DNA of 41,505 nt, taken from the NCBI GenBank assembly GCA_049969855.1, contig JBMFOB010000012.1, positions 1 to 41,505 of the forward strand, given 5' to 3'. The stretch comes from Candidatus Bathyarchaeia archaeon. Lineage in GTDB: Archaea > Thermoproteota > Bathyarchaeia > Bathyarchaeales > Bathycorpusculaceae. Position numbers and translations under genes: made by a program. How positions within the stretch are numbered: the first letter of the stretch is position 1; each line of letters starts with the position of its first letter. Below, piece by piece: positions 26,129 to 35,510 of the stretch. Under the pieces are notes generated by a model, which was given only the letters and a program-made list of their open reading frames with translations, had not been told where the DNA came from and searched no databases.

Positions 26129-28273
26129 TTGAAAGGTTTTAAAATTTCCATAGAAAGAATTGGGGCAATTTGTTTAATAATTCTGATGATTTTAGGATTC
26201 AGCTACATTCCAGCATATGCAACGCCTGACACTACACGCACAAATGCCGAAGTGAAGTTTATTGTCTATCCAGACGGTACAGTTGACATATCCGGTAGAG
26301 GCAACTCAACCATTGAAACCAGCAATCCATCAATTGAATTGAATGCACAATTTAGCAAAATCGTTGACAAGTACAATGCTTTAGTAAATGCTAAAGTAAC
26401 AGTCCCGCCAGACCAAGCAACAACTTTTCCATTCAATGCGACAACAGCAACAGTAAATATGCAATGCGAAAACAACATAACAACCACTACACTTGATGCT
26501 GCGCTAACACTATGCGACTCATTTAGCGGAATCGACTTCAACAGTTTTCCATTCAACTCTACAGACTTGTCAATAAGCGGAAACTATGCAAATCAAGAAT
26601 TCAATGGAACAATTACCATCCTTTTGATTCCAGGTTTAACCCTCGGCGACATTCAAGTAGATTTTGAAGGAAACCTCACTCAAGTCACAATTGACGATTC
26701 TGTAAGGGTTTATTACAATTACACTCTGCCAATTAAGTTTCCAGAAATAAACGAAACAACACTTAACGAATTTCTACTGATGCTAAACACAACAATTCCA
26801 GGAACAGGAGAAGACTCACTTTATAACATGACTGAGGGCATGCTCACTTGCACAACTTTTAACACAACAATAACGCCGATAGACTCGAATAGCGCAGATG
26901 TTTATTTCTGGGTAATCATTGAAGGAGACTTCACTCAAATTATAACAAACACGCTTACCCGCCAAGGCATAAGCTTACCAAACCTATATTCATTCATTAA
27001 CGCCACCATCTACTGCATAAAAAACGGCGAATTTTCACTGTCTTACTCCAAATCTGCCAAAAACGTTGCTTTCCATTTGAGTTTTACGCAGAATGCGACA
27101 GAATGTTTGAATGTAACCGCTGAATTTGCACCTGGCATGTATCCACCTGAATTGCAACCGTATATTGAATCACTGCTAAACACGACATACGCATCAATTT
27201 ACTCCTCTACAGAAACAATCACCTACTCCAACGGACAAGTTACATATAACGGAAACTACACTTTGTCGGGCGACTTAAATGCGCAAGTTAACTATGCCAA
27301 AAACGTATATGTGGATATAATGAATGCGACAATGCCGGGACCGGAATGGCTAATAAACACCATAAAGGGCACCGACGTAGACATTACAAATCTAAAACTG
27401 GACATGAACATGAACAGCACTTTTCAACAATGGAGCATGGAAGGCGTTAAGCTTGCACCACCCGTTAACTACATAAACTCTACGTCCTTTAGGCTTGAAA
27501 ACTTCTTTAATGTTACATCCACTTTGCCCGGAGGCGTTCCAGAACCTCCAGCATCAAATGAAACACTTAAACTCACTGTCCAAGGAGGAAGCAACGGAAC
27601 CCACACAGTTACATTACACATTGACCCAACATACCCCGATGGAGTGCCCGAACCAGACGAGTTCTTAAGCGAAAACACTATGGTATGGAATAATCAAAGC
27701 ATAAGCAAACTCAAAAGCCTAATCTTCAAGATTTGGGAAGGAAAAGCTGAAACCGTTTATAATCCAGAAGCGATCACCACAAACAATCCATACACGATTG
27801 ACGCCAAACAAGAAACCAACTGCATATTAACCATAAACGGCATATCACAATCCACAACAATAAACATCAAAAACGCCACAACACCAGATGTTGCATTGCC
27901 GGGAACATACAAGCTTTTAGGGACTTGCGTGCAAATTTCATCAAGCGAAACTGTAACCACCATCAATGCCACAATACGCATTTACTACACGCCAGAACAA
28001 TTATCCGCATTAGGACTCGATGAAAACAGCCTGAAAATATTCTATTTTGACGCAGCATCCAACAAATGGGTAGAGGTGGAAACACAAATAAACACATCCG
28101 AACATTACGCACAAGCAACAATTAACCACTTAAGCCTATGGGCACTCTTTGGACAACCCCTCACACCATTATGGCAGGAATGGTGGTTCCTAGCAACAAT
28201 AGCCATAATTGCAATTGCTGTAATAGTTGTGGCTGCGCTTCTCTTAAAGAGAAAACAACAGAAGCCTAAATAG
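26129..28273 (+). CDS. Large surface glycoprotein with signal peptide and C-terminal TM anchor
   Basis: T/N-rich with many N-x-S/T sequons, C-terminal LKIFYF...W...HLS.W beta domain, TM plus basic tail. TTG start after GGTGA (alternative ATG 26111). Confidence 0.85.
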   Translation: MKGFKISIERIGAICLIILMILGFSYIPAYATPDTTRTNAEVKFIVYPDGTVDISGRGNSTIETSNPSIELNAQFSKIVDKYNALVNAKVTVPPDQATTFPFNATTATVNMQCENNITTTTLDAALTLCDSFSGIDFNSFPFNSTDLSISGNYANQEFNGTITILLIPGLTLGDIQVDFEGNLTQVTIDDSVRVYYNYTLPIKFPEINETTLNEFLLMLNTTIPGTGEDSLYNMTEGMLTCTTFNTTITPIDSNSADVYFWVIIEGDFTQIITNTLTRQGISLPNLYSFINATIYCIKNGEFSLSYSKSAKNVAFHLSFTQNATECLNVTAEFAPGMYPPELQPYIESLLNTTYASIYSSTETITYSNGQVTYNGNYTLSGDLNAQVNYAKNVYVDIMNATMPGPEWLINTIKGTDVDITNLKLDMNMNSTFQQWSMEGVKLAPPVNYINSTSFRLENFFNVTSTLPGGVPEPPASNETLKLTVQGGSNGTHTVTLHIDPTYPDGVPEPDEFLSENTMVWNNQSISKLKSLIFKIWEGKAETVYNPEAITTNNPYTIDAKQETNCILTINGISQSTTINIKNATTPDVALPGTYKLLGTCVQISSSETVTTINATIRIYYTPEQLSALGLDENSLKIFYFDAASNKWVEVETQINTSEHYAQATINHLSLWALFGQPLTPLWQEWWFLATIAIIAIAVIVVAALLLKRKQQKPK

Positions 28274-28343
28274 CCCCATCTCTTCTCTTTTTCCGCAAAT
28301 TATAAAGGGAAAACTGGTAATCTTTGTATATGAGGTTAACAAT

Positions 28344-28853
28344 TTGTTTCAGAAAATTTTGGTACCACTGGATGGTTCTGAACATTCTATAAAAGCATTA
28401 GAAATCGCCATTCAGATTGCCAAAAAGTTTGGTGGAAAAATAACCTTAATCCACGTGTACTCTGTCACCGTCAGACCTGTTATAGTTCCTGAACCAGCAA
28501 CCCTAACCCCTTCAGGCTTTCCAGTGATGACCTCAACAGACGTTTCTAGAGTGGTGGAGGCTGCCCGCAAGAGTGGAAGTAGCATTTTAGCGGATGGTGA
28601 GCAAAGGGTTAAAGCCGAGGGTGTTGAGGTGGAATATTTGTTGAAGGAGGGCCACACAGTTCAAGAGATTGTTAAAACGGCTAGGGAAGGCATGTTTGAT
28701 TTGATAGTTATAGGGGCTAGGGGTATAAGCAAGATAAGGGAGCTACTCTTAGGAAGCGTAACTGATGGAGTAATTCATCACGCCACATGCCCAGTTTTGG
28801 TTGTTAAATTGGCTCAGCAATCAGAAGATTGTGCTTGTTCGCCACAATCCTAA
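28344..28853 (+). CDS. Universal stress protein
   Basis: KILVPLDGS, DLIVIGARG, LLGSV, CPVLVV. Confidence 0.95.
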   Translation: MFQKILVPLDGSEHSIKALEIAIQIAKKFGGKITLIHVYSVTVRPVIVPEPATLTPSGFPVMTSTDVSRVVEAARKSGSSILADGEQRVKAEGVEVEYLLKEGHTVQEIVKTAREGMFDLIVIGARGISKIRELLLGSVTDGVIHHATCPVLVVKLAQQSEDCACSPQS

Positions 28854-29811
28854 CCTTCAATTTGGCTCCAACAGGGATTTCCTCAGCGTTAACCAGAGTT
28901 AAGCTTCTGTCCCCTCTTTGTGTAACTGCCAGCTTCTCCTTTTTAAGCCAGCCGGGTCCAACAACCTTAACTTTTACTGTTTCATGTTTTCTGTATGGAA
29001 TTGGAAGCATATCCCTTTTATGGATTCCAAAATCCCTTGGACTTAAAACAAGTTTAACTTTAAAATGGCTTTCCCAAATCCTTAATTGTTCATAGAATCT
29101 TTTCCATGAGAGTGGTTTGGCTTCCTTAACTTTTCTTCCATGTTTGTGAATTTCATATTTTTGGATTCCTAAAGAAGGAGATTTTGTTTTGCACATGTCC
29201 ATTGTTAGGCGTATTATTTTTGGGATTTCCTCATCGTTTATCCCTGGAATCCAAACGGGTGCAACCAGCAATTCGGTTTTGGTATTTGAAACTATGTGCT
29301 GCATTAACTCAACAACTTTTTCAACATCATACCATTCTGTGTCAGCCAATTTCTTAGCCAAAGCTTGGTCTAAAGCGTCTAAGGAAAGGTTTATACGTTT
29401 CAAGCCAGCGTCGGAAAGGGCATCCATAAGTTCAGTGCTCAGTATGGAACCGTGCGTTTGCATGGAGACTGTTTCTACGCCATCTATATGGCTTAAGGAT
29501 GAAACAAGCTCAACAATTTTTGGGTATGTAATTGGATCTCCAACAGTGTCTATGTGCGCTTCAATGTAGCGTCTCCCTTTATAAGCTACAATTTTCTCGA
29601 ATTCTTCAACTAAATAGTCAAGGGGCAATATGTATTCTGTTTGGCGTATTTTCGATTTTGAACCAGCATTTGTGGAGCAGAAAATACATGAGAGTGGGCA
29701 TGTTGATATTGGGCGCACTTGGATTATGTTTGTTCCTCTGTCGATTAGCCCAAAGGCTATACAACCAATTAACGGAATAGAATTTGAAACTTCAAATAGC
29801 CTTTTTTCCAT
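28804..29811 (-). CDS. Radical SAM protein (COG2100-like, C-terminal TRAM-like domain)
   Basis: IPLIG..AFG.IDRGTN, CPLSCIFC. Confidence 0.92.
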   Translation of the reverse strand: MEKRLFEVSNSIPLIGCIAFGLIDRGTNIIQVRPISTCPLSCIFCSTNAGSKSKIRQTEYILPLDYLVEEFEKIVAYKGRRYIEAHIDTVGDPITYPKIVELVSSLSHIDGVETVSMQTHGSILSTELMDALSDAGLKRINLSLDALDQALAKKLADTEWYDVEKVVELMQHIVSNTKTELLVAPVWIPGINDEEIPKIIRLTMDMCKTKSPSLGIQKYEIHKHGRKVKEAKPLSWKRFYEQLRIWESHFKVKLVLSPRDFGIHKRDMLPIPYRKHETVKVKVVGPGWLKKEKLAVTQRGDRSLTLVNAEEIPVGAKLKVRIVANKHNLLIAEPI

Positions 29812-29947
29812 TACATGCCATATTCTCCGAAAGGTTTATCTTAAACTTTTAAGGCAAAAATTTTGCCACAATGGAGGCAAGCCGACTAAATAATGTTCGC
29901 GTATGAATTGGATGACATGCGCGCTTTGCAGATGAGAGGGAGCACAT

Positions 29948-30490
29948 ATGCCGAAATCTTCAGCACTGCTCCTCATAGCCCTAAGTACTTTAAACTCTTT
30001 AGGAGTCGGCTTGCTAGGTCCAGTATATCCAATATTTGTTGTTAACCGGTTTTCAGCTTCATTTGTTGACATAGGCTTGTTGTATGCCGTTTTCTGTTTG
30101 GTTGCAGCATTTTTTAAGACACCCGCTGGGAAACTTGTTGATGCCCATGGAGAAGAAAAAGTCTTCTCTGTGGGCGTTATGGTTGGCGCTGCATGCTCCT
30201 TAGCTTACATTGTTGCTTCCAATTTGATGCAGCTTTATATTATCGAGTTCTTCTTTGGAATCTCCTATGCCCTTCAGCGTCCCTCCCTTCTCGCATTGGT
30301 TAGTAATCTTGGTAAAGAAAAGAAGGGCTTGTTTTTTGGCATGTTTGAATCCTTTTATGATGTTGCTGAGGCTGTTGCCGCAGTGTTATCCACACTTATA
30401 GCAAGCAAGGTTGGATTTGAACCATTATTTTTAATATGCTCTGGATTTCAAGCGACAACTGGGTTTTTTGTTTGGAAAATCAGAAAATAA
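29948..30490 (+). CDS. Half-size MFS-type transporter (~6 TM)
   Basis: MFS motif A (GKLVDAHGEEK); only 180 aa. Confidence 0.75.
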   Translation: MPKSSALLLIALSTLNSLGVGLLGPVYPIFVVNRFSASFVDIGLLYAVFCLVAAFFKTPAGKLVDAHGEEKVFSVGVMVGAACSLAYIVASNLMQLYIIEFFFGISYALQRPSLLALVSNLGKEKKGLFFGMFESFYDVAEAVAAVLSTLIASKVGFEPLFLICSGFQATTGFFVWKIRK

Positions 30491-30616
30491 GGCGTGCAAT
30501 GCTTTAAAACGCAAATTTTAGTGCAATTAACCTAAACTGGATTTGAATTTTCCCTTTCACGAACGGAAAAACTTTTCTCTAATTAAAAGTAATTATGCTT
30601 GGTGTGAAAATTTAAA

Positions 30617-31642
30617 ATGGAGAGAAAGGATTTTCTTCAAGAACCAGTAAAACACATAAGAATCAATGGAAAAATAACTGTGGACCAACTAATTCAACAG
30701 TTCAAAAATTCCGGTTCTTTTGGGGCTGGAAGACTTTCTACAGCGTGCGACATATATGAACGGATGGTGCGAGACGAAAATTGCACAGTTTTCTTGTCTT
30801 TGGCTGGCGCCCTTGTCCCCGCTGGAATGCGCTCCCTAATAGCGGATCTCATCAGAGAAAGACTTGTTGACGTTGTTGTAAGCACGGGCGCAAACATGGT
30901 TCATGACGCCATAGAAGCCATGGGCGGACACCATTATAAGGGACACTGGAACGTGGATGATTATGCCCTTTACAAATATCACATATATCGAATATACGAC
31001 GTTTTTGTGCCGGAAGAAGACTTCACAAGAATGGATTATAGGCTTGCAGAAATGTTTGATGAAATAGCAGCTGAAAACGTGGGTAAAACGCTTTCTTCAA
31101 GGGATTTTACTTGGGAGTTGGGGAAAAGACTTAGGGATCCGAACTCTATTTTGAGGGCTGCTTATGAGGCGAAAGTGCCAATTTTTCTCCCAGCAGTTCG
31201 GGACTCAGAATTTGGTTATATCCATTGGCTTCATGCGTCAAGGGAGAAATGTCAAAACACGCTTGTTTTGGATGCTTTCAAAGACGTGCCACAAATAGTT
31301 GAAATTTGTAAGCGTTCTCTGAGAAATGGCATGATAGTTCTTGGCGGAGGAGTACCCAGAAACACTGTTCAATCCGCAGCTCTTGCATCAAAAAAGGGCA
31401 TGGACTACGCCATAATAATAACTATGGACCGTCCCGAAACTGGAGGATTATCTGGCTCAACCTTAGAGGAAACAGTAAGTTGGGGAAAAGTGAAAAGCAA
31501 AGCCAACAAGGTCATGGTTATCGGAGACGCCATGACACTTTTCCCAATAATCGTCGCTTCCGTAATTGAAAGGCTTGGCGAAGATTTCAAGCGGGCGCCA
31601 TCTCAAAGCACAGAAGCACTTATGCTGATGGAGGCACATTAA
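30617..31642 (+). CDS. dys: Deoxyhypusine synthase family protein
   Basis: STGAN..HD, DSE.G, GGGVP, GGLSG.T.EE.VSWGK. Confidence 0.9.
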   Translation: MERKDFLQEPVKHIRINGKITVDQLIQQFKNSGSFGAGRLSTACDIYERMVRDENCTVFLSLAGALVPAGMRSLIADLIRERLVDVVVSTGANMVHDAIEAMGGHHYKGHWNVDDYALYKYHIYRIYDVFVPEEDFTRMDYRLAEMFDEIAAENVGKTLSSRDFTWELGKRLRDPNSILRAAYEAKVPIFLPAVRDSEFGYIHWLHASREKCQNTLVLDAFKDVPQIVEICKRSLRNGMIVLGGGVPRNTVQSAALASKKGMDYAIIITMDRPETGGLSGSTLEETVSWGKVKSKANKVMVIGDAMTLFPIIVASVIERLGEDFKRAPSQSTEALMLMEAH

Positions 31643-31843
31643 ATGAAGGCGAAACAAAAGTTTTGCGGAAACTGTGGCAATCACAGCACCTATGAATATC
31701 CAGAAAAAATCTTCTGTTCCAAACGCTTCTCAAAAAATGAAGACCCAATAGTAGATACGTTATGGTGCTGCCCAGAATGGAACCCAAGCAGCCAAGAATG
31801 CTACTGTGTCGAAGAAGCCCTTAAGAAACAGAATAGAAAATAA
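31643..31843 (+). CDS. Small Cys-rich (metal-binding) protein
   Basis: CGNCxxH, C, CC, CYC in 66 aa; ATG directly after the dys stop. Confidence 0.75.
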   Translation: MKAKQKFCGNCGNHSTYEYPEKIFCSKRFSKNEDPIVDTLWCCPEWNPSSQECYCVEEALKKQNRK

Positions 31844-31906
31844 TCTCCCATTTTTCTTTGATTCGACACTAAGGTTATTATGTAGATTTTAAGAGTTTAT
31901 TAATGA

Positions 31907-31982
31907 AGCCCGGTGGTGTAGCGGTCAAGCATGGAGGCCTCTGGAGCCTCTGACGAGAGTTCGAATCTCTCCCGGGCTACCA
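31907..31982 (+). tRNA. tRNA-Gln(CTG)
   Basis: A1-U72 acceptor AGCCCGG/CCGGGCT, GAGGC-CT-CTG-GA-GCCTC, TTCGAAT, encoded CCA. Confidence 0.97.
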
Positions 31983-32120
31983 TTCTATCGTGGGCAGGTC
32001 AAGGTTTAAATTATCGCTTTTGTTCAAAGTCAAAATCTGGGCAATAGATGCCAGAAAAAAGTCTGTGTCAATATTTTGTGGGAGAAAAGGGAAGGCATGT
32101 TTTGTTGTAGGCTTTTCTGA

Positions 32121-33011
32121 TTATGCAGGCAGCGCTATCACAGTTAATGTTCTCTCACCTACGATGCCCCTTGTCGCTGAAGATGAAATCAGCCACTGTA
32201 TCTTGACTGTGTGGACGCCCACGGTGACATCTGGTAAGTTGAAGGTGAAAGAATAAGATCCTGCGTTGTTAAGAGTCGCCTTTGTTAAACCTACTACCAT
32301 TGGATAAGGTATCGGAGTAGTCGAGGTTGGAACGTAAGCTCGTATATTAAGAGAGTATCCAGCCGTCTCCACATAAGCAAAACCACTGAACATAATAATC
32401 AAGTGGCTTGTTCGTGCCAAGGTTATGTTGACAGACATGTCAGGCATGTCTACCCATGATGTTGATGTTGTCACTTCTGAATATGGGCTGACAGCATAAG
32501 CGAAGGGAATTGCCTCCGATGCGAGTTTGATGTTAGTTACTGCGTAGTCACCTATTGTAGTTGTTGTAACAGCACCGTCAGCTATTTTGATGGTAGTGAC
32601 AGCTCCTGTAGCCAAGTCTGCAGCTGTCACGCTTCCATCTATTATCTTCGCAGAGGTAATTGAATTGTCGGCTAACTTAATTGTTACAATGGCGCCGTCT
32701 GCAATCTTGGCACTGGTTATTGAGCCGTCAGCTATTTTGGTTGTGGTTATTCCGCTATCAGCAATTTTCACAGCAATGATGGAGCCATCTGCCATGTCGA
32801 CCGCTGTTATTGAGCCATCCAATATTTTTGCCGAGGTAACACTTCCATCAGCTAACTTTGCAGTTATGACAGCATTGTCCGCAATTTGATTTGTTCCAAT
32901 AAGGACGGAGGGAGTGAAGTAAACAATAGCCAGAGTAGTAATTAAAGATAGAATCCATGTCGCTGCGATTATGGGAATTGCCTTCTTTATAGGAATTGTT
33001 ATTTCACTCAT
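32121..33011 (-). CDS. Membrane-anchored decapeptide-repeat (IADGSITxxK) fibre-like protein
   Basis: N-terminal TM, 12-13 ten-residue repeats, C-terminal beta-sandwich head. Start uncertain (33011, 33029 or 33044). Confidence 0.8.
   Translation of the reverse strand: MSEITIPIKKAIPIIAATWILSLITTLAIVYFTPSVLIGTNQIADNAVITAKLADGSVTSAKILDGSITAVDMADGSIIAVKIADSGITTTKIADGSITSAKIADGAIVTIKLADNSITSAKIIDGSVTAADLATGAVTTIKIADGAVTTTTIGDYAVTNIKLASEAIPFAYAVSPYSEVTTSTSWVDMPDMSVNITLARTSHLIIMFSGFAYVETAGYSLNIRAYVPTSTTPIPYPMVVGLTKATLNNAGSYSFTFNLPDVTVGVHTVKIQWLISSSATRGIVGERTLTVIALPA
32508..32885 (-). repeat. Degenerate 30-bp coding tandem repeat
   Basis: IADNAVITAK/LADGSVTSAK/ILDGSITAVD/.../IGDYAVTNIK. Confidence 0.85.
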
Positions 33012-33411
33012 TTTCTTTTTCTCCTTCATAATGTTGCCAGTCAATTTCTTTTGGTTTGTTTAAAAGGTTTTGCAATACTTTAGAGAATGTGATTTTTGGT
33101 GTCTTTTCTGGGTTTTCCATTGGATATTAGTTTAAAAATTCTGTCCAGAAAAATGGTATCAATTTAAAAAATAAAAGTTCTTTTCACTTATAGTATTCAT
33201 TCAAGCTCATTTTATGGCTTTTTAACAGAAAAGGTCGTAAATATTGTCTTAACCCCGATGTTTTAAACCGATATTTGAACCTATCCCGGGATACTATAAG
33301 ATTTTCTTTAATTTCGATGAAAGCCGAGAAGTCGCCATGATAGTTTATGGAAAACCTAGAGGGGGGAGGTCCATATTGGTTTGATTTCACGCCAAAAGTA
33401 TGGAGAAACTT

Positions 33412-33657
33412 TTACGTTGGCTTTATTAGTTTTTTGCCGAAAGTGAATATTAGCCATGTAATGACGCCGTAGATGACTCCGTTAAAAATTGCTGTAACTA
33501 AAACTGTGGCTGAGACGCCCAAGACTGGATAGTCGGTTTCTGGGACCCCTAAAAATCCATAAAGCATTTCTCCCGGCGGAATATTTGGAACAGCTAATGT
33601 TGCCAATAGCAAAATTAAGAAAACGATTATGAAGACTATGGCTCCTTGTCCCCTCAT
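33412..33657 (-). CDS. Small two-TM membrane protein
   Basis: Two hydrophobic helices around a PPG...Y..LG loop. Confidence 0.75.
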   Translation of the reverse strand: MRGQGAIVFIIVFLILLLATLAVPNIPPGEMLYGFLGVPETDYPVLGVSATVLVTAIFNGVIYGVITWLIFTFGKKLIKPT

Positions 33658-33716
33658 GTTTAAACAAGCTTTATTCACCTAAAGGCGCATTTATCACATA
33701 TAAATCTTGTCAATTC

Positions 33717-35147
33717 TTAAGCTGTTGATTTTTCAATTTTCCATTTTACGCCTTGAGGTGTATCCTCAATTGTTATGCCCATAGCCTTAAGTTGTTCCCT
33801 AATTTTGTCTGCTGTTTGCCAATCTTTGGCTTTTCTGGCTTCCTCTCTTTTACGGATTAGCTCTTCAGCCTCCTTAGGCAGTTTCTCCTCCTTCTTAACT
33901 TCGCCGATAACCCCTAAAACTTTGTCAAACTTCATCATTAAACGGTAAACTTCCACTGCTTCATCCTTGCTGAGCACGTTATCATCCATAAGCTTGTTTA
34001 CTTCGGATACAAAGTTGAACAAGGCAGCTAATGCAACGCCAATGTTCAAGTCGTCATCCATAGCGTCTCCAAAATCTTTTTCCACATGTTGCATGAGCTC
34101 TTTTATCTTTTTTCCGCAGCCTTTTCCATCAGCATCCAATAGTCTATAAACAAAATTTGTTAGACGGTCAACAGCGCTTTTTGCTGCTTTTAATCCTTCA
34201 AAGGTGAAGTTTAACTGTTGCCGATAATGGGTTGACATGAGCAAGTAACGAACAGCCTTGGGGTTGTAGCCCATTTTGATTAAATCCCTCAAAGTGTAAT
34301 AGTTGCCAAATCGCTTTGCCATCCGCTTTCCTTCAACAAGCAAATGCTCATTATGAAGCCAATAATTCACAAACTTTTTACCCGTTGCTGCTTCACTTTG
34401 GGCTATTTCATTTTCATGATGGGGAAAAATTAGGTCAACCCCGCCGCTGTGAATGTCTATTGTTTCGCCAAGATACTTCATCGCCATAGTTGAACATTCA
34501 ATGTGCCATCCAGGTCTTCCCTTGCCAAGTTCAGTTTCCCAGAAAACGTCGCCGTCCTCTTCATCCCAAGCCTTCCATAAAGCGAAATCGCAAGCCTCCT
34601 CCTTCTCATACTCTTGCACTTTCACCCTAGCGCCTGCTTTAAGCTCTTTAACCTTGAATTTTGAAAGCTTTCCATAATCTTTAAACTTTGAAATGTCATA
34701 GTAGATTGAGCCATCTTCAGCCTTGTAGGCGTAGCCTTTCGCTATCAGTTTTTTAATTAATGCAACCATTTCTGGGATGTGCTCAGTTGCTCTTGGATAA
34801 AAATCCGCCTTCTCAATGTTAAGCATAGTTATATCTTCAAAAAAAGCTTGAATGTATTGTGCCGTGTGCTGTTTAAGCGGAATCCCAAGTTTACTGGAAG
34901 CCTCAATGGTTCGGTCATCTACGTCTGTAAGGTTCATGACTTGCGTTACCTTGAAACCCCGATACTCCAGCCATCTTCTAAGCAGGTCTTCAAAGATGAA
35001 CGCTCTAAAGTTTCCTATGTGGGCAAAATCGTAAACTGTGGGTCCGCAAGTGTACATTTTAACCTTGCCCTTTTCTAAAGGGATGAACTTCTCCTTTTTG
35101 CGGGTCAAAGTGTTAAAGAAATGTAAATTTTCAGCTGAGTCGTTCAT
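33717..35147 (-). CDS. cysS: Cysteine--tRNA ligase
   Basis: CGPTVY, HIGN, DFALWK, GRPGWHIECS, FPHHENE. Confidence 0.98.
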   Translation of the reverse strand: MNDSAENLHFFNTLTRKKEKFIPLEKGKVKMYTCGPTVYDFAHIGNFRAFIFEDLLRRWLEYRGFKVTQVMNLTDVDDRTIEASSKLGIPLKQHTAQYIQAFFEDITMLNIEKADFYPRATEHIPEMVALIKKLIAKGYAYKAEDGSIYYDISKFKDYGKLSKFKVKELKAGARVKVQEYEKEEACDFALWKAWDEEDGDVFWETELGKGRPGWHIECSTMAMKYLGETIDIHSGGVDLIFPHHENEIAQSEAATGKKFVNYWLHNEHLLVEGKRMAKRFGNYYTLRDLIKMGYNPKAVRYLLMSTHYRQQLNFTFEGLKAAKSAVDRLTNFVYRLLDADGKGCGKKIKELMQHVEKDFGDAMDDDLNIGVALAALFNFVSEVNKLMDDNVLSKDEAVEVYRLMMKFDKVLGVIGEVKKEEKLPKEAEELIRKREEARKAKDWQTADKIREQLKAMGITIEDTPQGVKWKIEKSTA

Positions 35148-35202
35148 GGTTTTCCGTTTTTAAAAATGCTGATGCAAGATTTAAGGATTTTATCTAAACA
35201 GA

Positions 35203-35349
35203 CTAATCGTATTTTCTTAGTTTTATCATTTCTCTGAAGTTCTTAAGGTCTTTAGCTACATACCTAAGAAAGTGCAGCTCCTCCATCATCTTTGCAAATT
35301 TCACGAATTCTTCGTTGATTTTCTGGAGGTGATGTTCTTTTTCGCTCAT
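35203..35349 (-). CDS. Small helical protein, 48 aa (not in ORF track)
   Basis: MSEKEHHLQKINEEFVKFAKMMEELHFLRYVAKDLKNFREMIKLRKYD; AAGGCGA RBS-like motif upstream; amphipathic pattern. Confidence 0.65.
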   Translation of the reverse strand: MSEKEHHLQKINEEFVKFAKMMEELHFLRYVAKDLKNFREMIKLRKYD

Positions 35350-35365
35350 TCATTTTCGCCTTCAT

Positions 35366-35510
35366 GTATGCTTGGAGTGAAGGGCTTTCATTGTTTTTTG
35401 GCTAAACCCGCAGCCATTTCCGTCATCGAGGAGAAAGGAGAAGGCTTCGAAAAACGGAAAAACAATTCTCGGCTGCTTGTGGTTTAGCCTTCAACCTCAG
35501 CCCTCCATAC
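35366..35510 (-). ncRNA. Structured RNA of unknown class (nested rod-like hairpin)
   Basis: Six nested helices: GTATG/CATAC, AGGGCT/AGCCCT, GGCTAAACC/GGTTTAGCC, GCAGCC/GGCTGC, TTTCCGT/ACGGAAA, TCGA/TCGA. Minus-strand TTTTATA box at about 35541-35547. Confidence 0.65.

Noticed and set aside
28804-28853. 50-nt convergent overlap of USP and radical SAM genes (also cca/uppP, 33 nt)
   Set aside because: Short tail-to-tail overlaps are common in compact archaeal genomes; no further signal.
32508-32885. CRISPR-like periodic repeat
   Set aside because: Degenerate in-frame 30-bp coding repeats with no unique spacers; no CRISPR array or cas gene was seen anywhere in the window.
33050-33410. Possible replication origin (AT-rich, TGGAAAACCTAGAGGGGGG resembles an ORB G-string) and the 68-aa ORF 33184-33390
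   Set aside because: Only one partial ORB-like match, no cdc6/orc1 nearby, and the ORF has no recognisable features.
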